DNA from: an uncultured Bacteriovoracaceae bacterium
Lineage (GTDB): Bacteria; Bdellovibrionota; Bacteriovoracia; Bacteriovoracales; Bacteriovoracaceae
Direction of reading: 5' to 3'
Assembly: GCA_964012805.1 (NCBI GenBank)
Contig: CAXGUD010000004.1
Location: 86,900 to 150,899 of the forward strand
DNA length: 64,000 nucleotides
The notes below the pieces were generated by a model. That model was not told the origin of the DNA, did not search any database, and saw only the letters and a program-made list of their open reading frames with translations. Below are positions 9,391-18,555 of this stretch, piece after piece (position 1 is the stretch's first letter; every line of letters begins with the position of its first letter). The position numbers and the translations under genes were made by a program.

Positions 9391-10215
9391 ATGGAAGGTA
9401 TACAAGTTATGGAAGGATCACAGATTACCGAAGGCTTGGAAGAAAACAAAACCATGCTTTGGTGGCGAATATTAAGTGGGTTTGCGACTTTCAATATCAT
9501 CTTGTGGGTTATCCTTCTTTTCACCGTTGATTCATCAAAGCCTTATATTTGGTGGCAGCTCATTTTTTCCGGTATTTTTACTTTCGTTTGCGCCTTCCGA
9601 TCTTATTTCCCTAGAATTTGCCTCGAACGCTATTGCCTTTTTGATTCTTTTTTTTCAAGCATTGTCTTAGGAAGATCTCTCGCAACGATTGCTGAAGTGA
9701 GCTTTGCCTTTCAAGTTGCTCTTTTGGTTCATGAAATGGGTGCCGCAACCGGTATTTTGTGGGTCCAAAACTTGTTTTTTCCGATCATCCTTTTGTTAAC
9801 AATTGCTCAAGTTTTTTGCTGGGCCAGTGTCTTTACTCTCAATCATTTAGGCCACGCTATTGAGGAGTCCATTTGGGCCTTTACTTTTGCCTTGGTTGGG
9901 GTATCAATGGCCTTTTGCCTCCACCGCCTGGATGGACTTTGGTACAATGTCGTTTTAAGTGGAACCGTCGCCTGTTCTCTTTATGTCCTCTTTATGGTGA
10001 TAGTTGATATCCCAATGTATGTGAAGCGCTTAAAAAAAGGGAAGTTAAAGGGTGATCATAGTATGGATTTATGGAATGGCCTTAAAGATGCTTTGACTCG
10101 CCGAGTTGCTACCCGGGATTGGAAAATTTGGAAGCCTGAGGTTGCGTGGCTTTCTGGTTACTTTACTTTTGGGGTTTGGGTTTCTCTTTTAATGGTTTAT
10201 CTTGAAAGGACTTAG
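9391..10215 (+). CDS. Hypothetical multi-pass membrane protein
   Basis: About 7 hydrophobic segments; conserved-looking GRSLATIAE and HAIEESIW motifs. Confidence 0.75.
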   Translation: MEGIQVMEGSQITEGLEENKTMLWWRILSGFATFNIILWVILLFTVDSSKPYIWWQLIFSGIFTFVCAFRSYFPRICLERYCLFDSFFSSIVLGRSLATIAEVSFAFQVALLVHEMGAATGILWVQNLFFPIILLLTIAQVFCWASVFTLNHLGHAIEESIWAFTFALVGVSMAFCLHRLDGLWYNVVLSGTVACSLYVLFMVIVDIPMYVKRLKKGKLKGDHSMDLWNGLKDALTRRVATRDWKIWKPEVAWLSGYFTFGVWVSLLMVYLERT

Positions 10216-10236
10216 CTAATCATGACAATAACTAGG

Positions 10237-12885
10237 TTAAATGAGTAAGGGGAGCTCAACAATAAACTGGGTTCCTTCATTAATTTTTGAATTCACAATA
10301 ATTGTACCACCAAGTCTCTCAACTTCTTCTCTAACGGCATCCATTCCGATACCTCTCCCTGATAAATCAGAAACGTCCTTTTTTGTGGAAAACCCGGGAA
10401 GGAAGATCATGTCGATAAGTTCATTTTCACTAAGAATGTCAACTTCTTCAGCGCTTTTTATTTTCTTTTCAAGTATTTTATTTTTTATATGAAGTGGGTT
10501 AATTCCTTTACCATCATCTTGAAGGTATATTGTGATTCGGCCCTTAATTATTTTAAATAAAATACTGACTGAGCCCACACTGCGCTTTCCATTTTCGATT
10601 CTGACCTCTTCTGTTTCAATACCATGGTCCACCATGTTTCTAAAAAGATGAATTGAAGAGTTAATAAAGTTTGTGTACTTTTTGACGTCGACCTTAATTT
10701 CGTCCCCTCCAATGGTCATGTCGATTAATTTGTTTTGCTCATTGGCCAGGTCTGTAACTAGGCTTATATACCGTTGAAACTTTAGTTTGATATCAGAAAT
10801 AAGATATTTTTCCTTAAGAAAGGTGATGTATTCTTCACTTAGTTCAAACTCACGGGCCTTTTCTATCATTTCAGAAATATGAACGATTTGCCCATCATCC
10901 ATGAGTGCCTTATGAGATGCTTTGATGATGAGAGCATTATCTTTAACGAAGTCTTTAAAAACTTTTTGAAAATCAATAAACCTGTCGTCCAAATCGTTCA
11001 AATTATTTCGTGACATTATTGTTTCAAGCTCATTTAACTCTTTGGCAACATTTATAATACCAAAATGGCCAAACCTCGCTTTCAAGGTGTGAAACTTCCT
11101 AAAGAGTTCACCTTCTTCCATTTCTTTAATAATTTCATAAGTCTCAATTAAGTCTTTGGTATCTTCTAAGAGGTCTACAAGTTCAGAAGGAGTTTCAAGG
11201 GCGTTTTTTATAAAAATGACATTTTTTTTATCAAGTTCAAGCTGATGTTCCAGCCCAACTTCGTTTGTTTTGTCTGTAGCGACACAGATTATTTTTTCAA
11301 TTTTATCAACTGTATCAATGTTTTGACTTTCTTTTTCTTCGTAAATGGGGTGGTAGTCTAAATCAATATACTGACCCTCTTTCCCTCTAAAGGATTGGGG
11401 CCCGAGAGGCTTTAAGTCTTTAAAGGCAAGTTTTCCTTGCCACATATTTTTTAACCAGCTTTTTAAGCTTTGGGCCTGTTCAGATTTAAGACCCAAAACT
11501 TCTGAAAGGTTTTTTCCTTCTGGATTTTCATTGAAAAATTCTTTGGTGATTTTGGTTGCCCCTTCTTGTACCTTACCGACTTCATCAATTACCATAAAGC
11601 CTTGCCCAAGATTTTCAATGAGCATTTTTATGCTTTTTGTTTTTAAGTTAACTTCTGTTTTTAATGTCTTGGCGTAGTTTTCCTGTAGCTTTTTTGCCTC
11701 TGTTTCTTTTTTGATGGCCTCTTCCTGGATAAGGTTAAATCTGTCTGCCAAACCCATAGAGAGGAGAATGAGCTCGATAGCATTTCCAACAAGTAGGAGG
11801 TTTCTGGTTAAAACATTACTTGGCAGAATTCCCATACCTAAAAGGCTTTCTGAAACACCACCAGAAATGAAAAAGGTAAAAGCAAGTATGAAATACTTGG
11901 CAGGCCTGAATTTCATTTTAAACTTATATAAACCAGCTATATAAATGGCGATTAAGGAGAAAAGGGAGTTAATCGTCATAAAGGGAGCACAAAAAGCGTA
12001 GGGAAGAGTAAAGGAAGATAAAATAACAAGAGAACTGCTAACAATAAACAAGAGCAAAAACTTATACATCTTAGGGTTTTCATTTTTTATGTTTAGATAA
12101 GAAATGGTAAAAAGGGCCAAAAAGAGTGCCGAAGTCCCCCCTAAAAAACTGAAGCCGTAATTACTTGCCCAGGTAAAATCTCTAAAGAGGAATCTTTGAG
12201 CAAAACCGCCCCTGATCATAATGAAAAGACCGATCGAGAGTACATAAAAGACATAAAAGAGGTAACTCGTCCTCCGGGTTGAAAAAAAGACAAACGTGTT
12301 ATAGATAAGCATCGCTAAAACAAGGCCAAAAAAGAGACCTAAGATGTAATTTGTGTAGCTTTCTTTTGTCAAGAAATCCAAAGGGGTTGTTAGGGTAAGG
12401 TTCATTTGGGTGACTGAACCTCTGATTAACATATAATAAAAGGAGCTATTTTTTGGTTCTATTTTAAAAGTGAAGGATTTCGTGTCAATTTCTCGGCTTG
12501 AAAAGGGAAGGGTGTCCCCTGTGAGTGTTTCTTCCCACACACCCTTTTTAAGCCTATAAAATTTAACAGCGTCTTGTTGGTAATAGTTTTGAGAAAGAAG
12601 CCAAGAGGATTGATTTGAGTTTTGATTTTTAATGTGAATCCTTGCCCAAAAAGAAGATTTTGAAAATCCTAAGTTGTGGACAACTTTGGTACTCGCTTTA
12701 AATTTCTTCGCCCATTTAGACTCTGTGACATCTGTAATTTTAAGATTCCCTGTGGGATCCTCTAAAATATCAATGTAATGACCTAGCTCGTAAAAGGTCT
12801 TCCCATTTTCTTTGAGAATAAGTGGCTTGGCCTCCACTAGGTAGATGGAAATGAAGAAAAAAAAGACTGTCCAAAAAGGTCTCAT
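10237..12885 (-). CDS. 7TM-DISM sensor fused to PAS-like, HPt and CheA-type HATPase domains (no CheW domain)
   Basis: ILEDPTG/LGFSKSSFW (7TMR-DISMED2), 7 TM helices, FHTLKA HPt, HLFRNMVDHGIE, DDGKG, SGRGIGM; ends at LPLLI. Confidence 0.88.
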   Translation of the reverse strand: MRPFWTVFFFFISIYLVEAKPLILKENGKTFYELGHYIDILEDPTGNLKITDVTESKWAKKFKASTKVVHNLGFSKSSFWARIHIKNQNSNQSSWLLSQNYYQQDAVKFYRLKKGVWEETLTGDTLPFSSREIDTKSFTFKIEPKNSSFYYMLIRGSVTQMNLTLTTPLDFLTKESYTNYILGLFFGLVLAMLIYNTFVFFSTRRTSYLFYVFYVLSIGLFIMIRGGFAQRFLFRDFTWASNYGFSFLGGTSALFLALFTISYLNIKNENPKMYKFLLLFIVSSSLVILSSFTLPYAFCAPFMTINSLFSLIAIYIAGLYKFKMKFRPAKYFILAFTFFISGGVSESLLGMGILPSNVLTRNLLLVGNAIELILLSMGLADRFNLIQEEAIKKETEAKKLQENYAKTLKTEVNLKTKSIKMLIENLGQGFMVIDEVGKVQEGATKITKEFFNENPEGKNLSEVLGLKSEQAQSLKSWLKNMWQGKLAFKDLKPLGPQSFRGKEGQYIDLDYHPIYEEKESQNIDTVDKIEKIICVATDKTNEVGLEHQLELDKKNVIFIKNALETPSELVDLLEDTKDLIETYEIIKEMEEGELFRKFHTLKARFGHFGIINVAKELNELETIMSRNNLNDLDDRFIDFQKVFKDFVKDNALIIKASHKALMDDGQIVHISEMIEKAREFELSEEYITFLKEKYLISDIKLKFQRYISLVTDLANEQNKLIDMTIGGDEIKVDVKKYTNFINSSIHLFRNMVDHGIETEEVRIENGKRSVGSVSILFKIIKGRITIYLQDDGKGINPLHIKNKILEKKIKSAEEVDILSENELIDMIFLPGFSTKKDVSDLSGRGIGMDAVREEVERLGGTIIVNSKINEGTQFIVELPLLI

Positions 12886-13080
12886 ATTAGCTCAGAAAAA
12901 TGGGTAGAAAATATGATAACTCCTCGGTCTTTTTTCCTTTTATTTGATTTTTAGCAGCTGATATTTCGCAAAGCAAGGTGCTTTTTCGCCCCCAATCAGA
13001 AAATCTTTTTCTTCCCATTGAAGTCGGTGCCAAAATTCCCCCAAAAAAGGAAGAAGGCGCTCCTAAAATGAAATCTCAGT

Positions 13081-13095
13081 TGGCATGGAAATTGC
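13081..13095 (+). promoter_or_regulatory. Sigma54 (-24/-12) promoter candidate
   Basis: TGGCATGGAAATTGC = GG-N10-GC, intergenic, 62 nt before the 13158 start. Confidence 0.7.
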
Positions 13096-13157
13096 CTTTT
13101 CTTCTTAAGAACGTTCACTTGTTAAAGTTCACTTAACACTAAAAAAAGGAATGAGTT

Positions 13158-14057
13158 ATGACGAAATTTAAGACCATTGGGCTTATGATCACAATGTCTC
13201 TCATTGGATTTTCTGAGGATGCCTTAAGCCGTGAGGAGAATACTTTAAATCCTTTACGTGAAGCAAGGCCTATTATTAATAAACCTGCTTTAAGTAGAGA
13301 TTTAAAGCCTGATCTAAGAAGATGGATTAAAAAGCCTGAAGTAAAAGGAGCAAGTCTTAGAGTTTTAAAAGGGCGGAAGGCCGGTTTTTCTCTAAAAAGC
13401 ATGCCGGTTAGGACTATTTCAAAAGCAAAGTTTAAAAATTCCCAAATGAAAAGCTTTAAATCAGGTCTCTATGTTATTGGACTCGATTATATTCCTCACT
13501 TTGTGAAAGGGAGTCTAAAAAGGTTTGGTTATAAAATGGCCCGAAATGGTGAGGTTACGAATTCAAAAGGAGAAAAGTTAACTATTTTTGTTGGGGGCGA
13601 AACGGGCCTGGTCAAATCGAAAAGATTTTCAGCACGTGGTTTAATGGACAATCGTTGGGATATTGAAAACACAATGATGGACCTTAATTTAAACGAAGAC
13701 AATGCCTCTCCGTATCAGTTCCGTTGCTATTCTTTTCATCCATGGGCCGTTTATTATGGGGGCTTTCACCGTTGGTATGATGTGAGAACTCATGCTTCGA
13801 CTTATACAACAGATCCTCAGGGTGGTTGTTCTGTCCGCTCACCAAGAACTAATATTGAATACCTCCAAACTTACGCTCTTATTAAAGGTTCTGCTGATAT
13901 AGACACTTGTAATAATTGTAATGAAAGAAATTCGCGAGACGTATGGGATGTGGGAAGATTTTGGCCAGCTCACGGTAGGCCTGCTAGCACTTACCACCAT
14001 GCTGTGTATAGAGATGGTGGGATCTATTTTTCTAGGACTTCTCGTTTAGGATGGTAA
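13158..14057 (+). CDS. Secreted hypothetical protein with Cys/His/aromatic-rich C-terminal domain
   Basis: Signal peptide; AAGGA RBS; compositional switch near residue 183. Confidence 0.75.
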   Translation: MTKFKTIGLMITMSLIGFSEDALSREENTLNPLREARPIINKPALSRDLKPDLRRWIKKPEVKGASLRVLKGRKAGFSLKSMPVRTISKAKFKNSQMKSFKSGLYVIGLDYIPHFVKGSLKRFGYKMARNGEVTNSKGEKLTIFVGGETGLVKSKRFSARGLMDNRWDIENTMMDLNLNEDNASPYQFRCYSFHPWAVYYGGFHRWYDVRTHASTYTTDPQGGCSVRSPRTNIEYLQTYALIKGSADIDTCNNCNERNSRDVWDVGRFWPAHGRPASTYHHAVYRDGGIYFSRTSRLGW

Positions 14058-14089
14058 GAGCTTTTAAAAGATGGGAAAGAATTAAAAAA

Positions 14090-15466
14090 ATGATTAAAAA
14101 ATTACTTTTTTCACTTCTTTACTTTTTGGTGGCCTTTAGTTTTAACTACCCCCACCAAAGTTTTGCTGAGGGAGACCGAAATAACGGTTTCCCTCAATAT
14201 TTTATTGAACCTTTTAAAGATCATTATTTTAAAAAAATAAAAGAAAAATTAGACCTAAACTTAAAAATAAAAATGGTTCCCACATCCTATCAATTTGGAG
14301 GAAAAATTTTTAAAAAGGAAAGGGATTTAAATCTTTTTATTTACTGGCCCATGGAAAAAAAAATAAAGGATCCACTAAATTTAGTCCGCTTAACCCTTTG
14401 TCATGAAATCGGGCATTACTTGGCCAAAGGACCTTATAAAGAGTCAATGGGACTTGTCACCGAAAGGGCGGTTGAAGGAGCTTCAGACTACTTTTCTACT
14501 CATGACTGCTTTTTTTCAAACTTTTCTTTTGTTTTAAAAAAACCAAAGTTTAAAAAACTTAAAGTGGGAGAGTGGGGAGAAGACTACTGCAAAGATCAGT
14601 ATTTTGAAAGTGAAAAAAGAAAGTGTGAAATACTTTATCCAATTGCTTTAGATTATCTTTTTAACCTTTTAAGATACCATTATTCGAAAGAAGATTTTTT
14701 AAAGGCAAAAAACTGGTCTCTTAAAAAAAGGAACTTTGTGGAAATCAATTTGGTGCCTGTTAAAAAGACCATTTCCTACCACCCTGAAGCTTTGTGCCGC
14801 TTAGAAACGATCATGAGGGGGGCCCTAAACAAAGAAAGACCAACTTGCTGGTTGGGAAAAGACTCTTTGTTTAAAATAAAGGATTCAAAAAGGTATGCCT
14901 CTTTTAAGCGTTATGCTTTAAAAAGGGACTACCAATCTTTAGAAAATTTAGTTCCAAACCTTAACTGTCATAAAGAAAAAAATGATACTGACCTTTTGGG
15001 GAACTCACCCTTGCATTTTGCCGCTTATTTAGATGACTTAAAATTAGTGAAAATGCTGGAAAGTAAAAACTCAATGTGCACACACTTTAATAATTTAAAT
15101 CATTTGGGCATATCACCGATTCATTTGGCCATTAAAAACCAATCGCTAAATGTTTTGAGTCACTTTTTAAATAAAAAAGAAAAATTAAACCTCTTTTTGC
15201 TTAATGGGCCTGACCCTCTTTACCTTTCGATTAAGTCCCGTAACGAAAAAGCGGCCTTAATGATTCTTTCTTATTATAAATTAATAAAAAAGACCAAGCC
15301 TTTAGTACTTCACCTGGAAGAAATGTTTATCGATTCATTCAATTGGAATATGCCTATTTTATCAAGAGAATTTATAAAACTTAGGCTAATTCAAAATAAA
15401 TGGGTTTTAAAAAGAGGGATTAACATTGCAAAAGAAATGGCAAATGAGATGAGCTTAGAAAATTAG
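14090..15466 (+). CDS. Secreted HExxH metallopeptidase-like protein with C-terminal ankyrin repeats
   Basis: CHEIGH...EGASDYF; GNSPLHFAA and GISPIHLAI ankyrin motifs; signal peptide from ATG 14090 (ORF track 14051). Confidence 0.72.
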   Translation: MIKKLLFSLLYFLVAFSFNYPHQSFAEGDRNNGFPQYFIEPFKDHYFKKIKEKLDLNLKIKMVPTSYQFGGKIFKKERDLNLFIYWPMEKKIKDPLNLVRLTLCHEIGHYLAKGPYKESMGLVTERAVEGASDYFSTHDCFFSNFSFVLKKPKFKKLKVGEWGEDYCKDQYFESEKRKCEILYPIALDYLFNLLRYHYSKEDFLKAKNWSLKKRNFVEINLVPVKKTISYHPEALCRLETIMRGALNKERPTCWLGKDSLFKIKDSKRYASFKRYALKRDYQSLENLVPNLNCHKEKNDTDLLGNSPLHFAAYLDDLKLVKMLESKNSMCTHFNNLNHLGISPIHLAIKNQSLNVLSHFLNKKEKLNLFLLNGPDPLYLSIKSRNEKAALMILSYYKLIKKTKPLVLHLEEMFIDSFNWNMPILSREFIKLRLIQNKWVLKRGINIAKEMANEMSLEN

Positions 15467-18400
15467 GAGGCCCTATCTTTAATATTTTCCTTCTTATAAG
15501 TTTTGATCTTTGAAAGGGCATCTTGGAGCATGTTGTTAATATCATGAATTTTAAATAGCCGAATTTCTTCACTTATTTTATCAAACCAAGGTGAAAGATA
15601 CTTTAATTTATTATTTTTTATTTTTTGTTGAAGCTTTAAGACCTTTTTTTCTAAAAAGTCTATATTTCCGTCTTCAAGACCTTCTTCAAAAACCTCTTCC
15701 ATATCAAAAAGAATAATCCCTTCTTTAAGCCCTAAGTTTTTATTAACTGTAAACTCGAAAGTGTCTGAATCGGGCTCGTCTTTTTTAACCACTTTCTTTA
15801 CTTCGTGTTTTAAAAATTTAGAAACTTCAAAAACAAACTCGTCTTTTTGAACGGGTTTTCTTAAAAAAGAGTCGAACTCTTCTTGGATTATGGGGTCAAT
15901 ATTTAAGGCCGATATAAGAATAACTGGTATCTTATTATTTTGACTCCTTAAAGCTTTCATGACCTCATCACCACTTAAAGTGGGCATTTTAAAGTCGGTT
16001 ACAATTAAATCTGGTTTAATTCTATTTACCTTATAAAGAAGTTCCTCTCCATCCCGGGCCGTCTCAATATTTAAGTCGTAATTGAAGAGGTAGGCCTTCA
16101 AAAGGGTCAAATTCATATGGACATCATCGGCAATTAAAATTGTTTGACCAAAAAAAGTAAAGGACTTTTCAGTGGCAGTGGTTTCTTCTTCAAAGCCTAG
16201 GGTAACATCTTTCAAGGTAACACTAAAATTGGTTCCTATTCCAAATTGTGAGCTGACAAGCAAATTTCCATTTAATTTTTCAACAATTTGTTTGGAAATA
16301 TAAAGCCCAAGACCGGTGCCTTTTTCAATAGTCCTTTCCGGGTCGTGAACTTGAGAAAAACTTTTAAAAAGGCTTCCTAACTTTTCCTTTTCTATCCCAA
16401 TGCCTGTATCTTCAATGTTGAAAATAAGGTCGATTGTTTTCTTATCTGTTCCAAAAAAGTAGCTTTTAACATCTACTTTTATAGTCCCTTTTTCAGTAAA
16501 CTTTAAAGCGTTTCCTATAAGGTTGTCTAAAACCTGTTTGAGCTTTTGTTTATCAATAGTAATCCACTCAGGCACTTCTTCATCCCACTCTAAGGTAAAC
16601 TCTATTCCTTTTGTGAGGCTTTGGTTGGTGTAAAAGATAGATAAGTCTTTTAAGAATTCATAAAGGTTAATATTAGTGTTTTCCACCTTTAATTGATTTA
16701 AGTCAATTTTAGTAAAATCCATGACGGAATCAATGAGGCTTAAAAGAGAATCTCCACTGGATTTAATGCACTGAATGAAGTCCTGCTCTTTATTTAAATT
16801 TTTTCTTTTAAGTTCACTTTTTAAAATTTCTGAGAAGCCAAGGATTGAATTAAGAGGAGTTCTTAGTTCATGGCTTAGCTTAGCAAAAAAAAGTGAACGG
16901 TCTTCTTGAATATTCTCAAGCAATTCATTACTATCTTTTAGTTCGGCTTCTCTTTTTTTTAGCGACTCATTGGACTCTTTTAATTCTTTGGTTCTTTCTT
17001 CAACCATTCTAATTAAATTATCTCTATACTCAGACAATTCTTTATTGGCATTTTTAAGGGCATCTAAAGTCTCAAGCTGGTCTTTATAGGACTGTTCATA
17101 ACTCATAGTTGCAGCACTTAAAGATGTTTTAGCAAGAGATAACTGCTTTTTAAGTTCGTTAATGATATCGTCTTTTTGAGTGTAGTGAAATTTACTTTCT
17201 TGAACATTGGTTTTTTGCATGGTTTGAATTTTGTCAGTTCTTTCTTCTTTCAAATTTCCCATTAAGCCAGCAATAAATTGACTTACCTCATGTAGCTTGG
17301 GAGGTTTAACTAATTTGATGTATGGAGTGTCTTGCCCCGTACCGCCTTCAAAAGAGGCTCTATGCGCTTCAGGAACCTCTTCAAGCGTATTTCCCATAAA
17401 AAAACCATTTTCTTTAAGAATAAAGGTTAGATTTTTGAAAAAACTTTGTTTTTTATTTTCTTTTAAATAATTTAATTTATTAAATAAAATAACAATATCA
17501 GCGTTTAAAAGAAAAGGACCTTCTACAAAGCAACCTTTTGAGTAAACGATATTATTTCTATATTCGTCTTTAAAATAATCCTTACCATTTCTTTGCCTAG
17601 TTAAATCGTCTTTTATAATATAACTTTTATATTCTTCAAAAAATGAGGACTTTATGCTTCGAAACATTAAGTCTTTATAATGATCTTCAGAGGCTTCTTT
17701 AGCAAAAATCTTAAAATTTAAATCTAATTTTTTATCTTTAATATAATTTTCAATAATATAACTAAGTATCATGCACTCATAACCATTACCAGAGCACAAA
17801 ACTTCAATTTTTAGTTCCTTTTGACCTCGTTTTACTATTTCAGGCAAAATGTTATTTATTAGGGAATCTTTTATTAAAGGGAAATTTTCTTTTGAAAAAG
17901 GTTTGTGAAGTCTCAGAGAATTATAGAAGGCTTCGACTTCAAGAGAATTTTCTTCTAAAGAATAGAGGTATTTAGTAAAGTCTCTCTTTCCATGAATAAG
18001 AGGAACTCTATCTAACAAAGACTCATTGATCATGCTATATTTAAAATGATCCAGGACAAGGTCATTTTGTTTAAACATTAATTTGATAATTTCTCTTACT
18101 AAAGCATATCGATGATTATAAAAAGTTAAAATGTTTTCAGGGTTTAAAAAGAAAAGATTTAAAAAATCAATTGTTTCTTTTAACTCTATTTCGAGATGAA
18201 ATTTTTTATTTTTATAGAGAATGTGATTTTTTCTATCTTTAATGTTTGCTTCTTTAGTAATAAGGATTAGAGAATTTTCATCAAATAAATCGCTTGTGAC
18301 CACCGTGAAGAAGTCGGAGTCTAAATCCATATTAATGACACAAGCGTTTCTATATCGACTTCTTATTTTGACTATGTCACTAATAGGGTCATTTTTATGT

Positions 18401-18555
18401 AGGAAATTTATTTTTTTTATTTCATCCGAATTGAAAAATTTAATGTCATTATTTTTTAGTGAGGTTTTTTTAATGTGAGAAATCAAGTCTTCTGCTAACC
18501 CTAAAGAGTCAGAACTAGAAAGAATCAAAATAAGATTTTTGTCTTTTTTTTCCAT
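15463..18555 (-). CDS. Hybrid histidine kinase (HisKA-HATPase-REC) with degenerate CheB/CheR-like N-terminus
   Basis: LSHELRTPL, NLIGNALKF, DTGIG, GTGLGL, receiver IADD...TDFKMP...KP; N-terminus resembles an eroded CheB-CheR fusion. Confidence 0.87.
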   Translation of the reverse strand: MEKKDKNLILILSSSDSLGLAEDLISHIKKTSLKNNDIKFFNSDEIKKINFLHKNDPISDIVKIRSRYRNACVINMDLDSDFFTVVTSDLFDENSLILITKEANIKDRKNHILYKNKKFHLEIELKETIDFLNLFFLNPENILTFYNHRYALVREIIKLMFKQNDLVLDHFKYSMINESLLDRVPLIHGKRDFTKYLYSLEENSLEVEAFYNSLRLHKPFSKENFPLIKDSLINNILPEIVKRGQKELKIEVLCSGNGYECMILSYIIENYIKDKKLDLNFKIFAKEASEDHYKDLMFRSIKSSFFEEYKSYIIKDDLTRQRNGKDYFKDEYRNNIVYSKGCFVEGPFLLNADIVILFNKLNYLKENKKQSFFKNLTFILKENGFFMGNTLEEVPEAHRASFEGGTGQDTPYIKLVKPPKLHEVSQFIAGLMGNLKEERTDKIQTMQKTNVQESKFHYTQKDDIINELKKQLSLAKTSLSAATMSYEQSYKDQLETLDALKNANKELSEYRDNLIRMVEERTKELKESNESLKKREAELKDSNELLENIQEDRSLFFAKLSHELRTPLNSILGFSEILKSELKRKNLNKEQDFIQCIKSSGDSLLSLIDSVMDFTKIDLNQLKVENTNINLYEFLKDLSIFYTNQSLTKGIEFTLEWDEEVPEWITIDKQKLKQVLDNLIGNALKFTEKGTIKVDVKSYFFGTDKKTIDLIFNIEDTGIGIEKEKLGSLFKSFSQVHDPERTIEKGTGLGLYISKQIVEKLNGNLLVSSQFGIGTNFSVTLKDVTLGFEEETTATEKSFTFFGQTILIADDVHMNLTLLKAYLFNYDLNIETARDGEELLYKVNRIKPDLIVTDFKMPTLSGDEVMKALRSQNNKIPVILISALNIDPIIQEEFDSFLRKPVQKDEFVFEVSKFLKHEVKKVVKKDEPDSDTFEFTVNKNLGLKEGIILFDMEEVFEEGLEDGNIDFLEKKVLKLQQKIKNNKLKYLSPWFDKISEEIRLFKIHDINNMLQDALSKIKTYKKENIKDRAS

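Noticed and set aside
9391..9435. MEGIQV-MEGSQI-TEG repeat at the N-terminus and nearby AACTTTATA duplication
   Set aside because: Short and imperfect; probably slippage or alternative start sites
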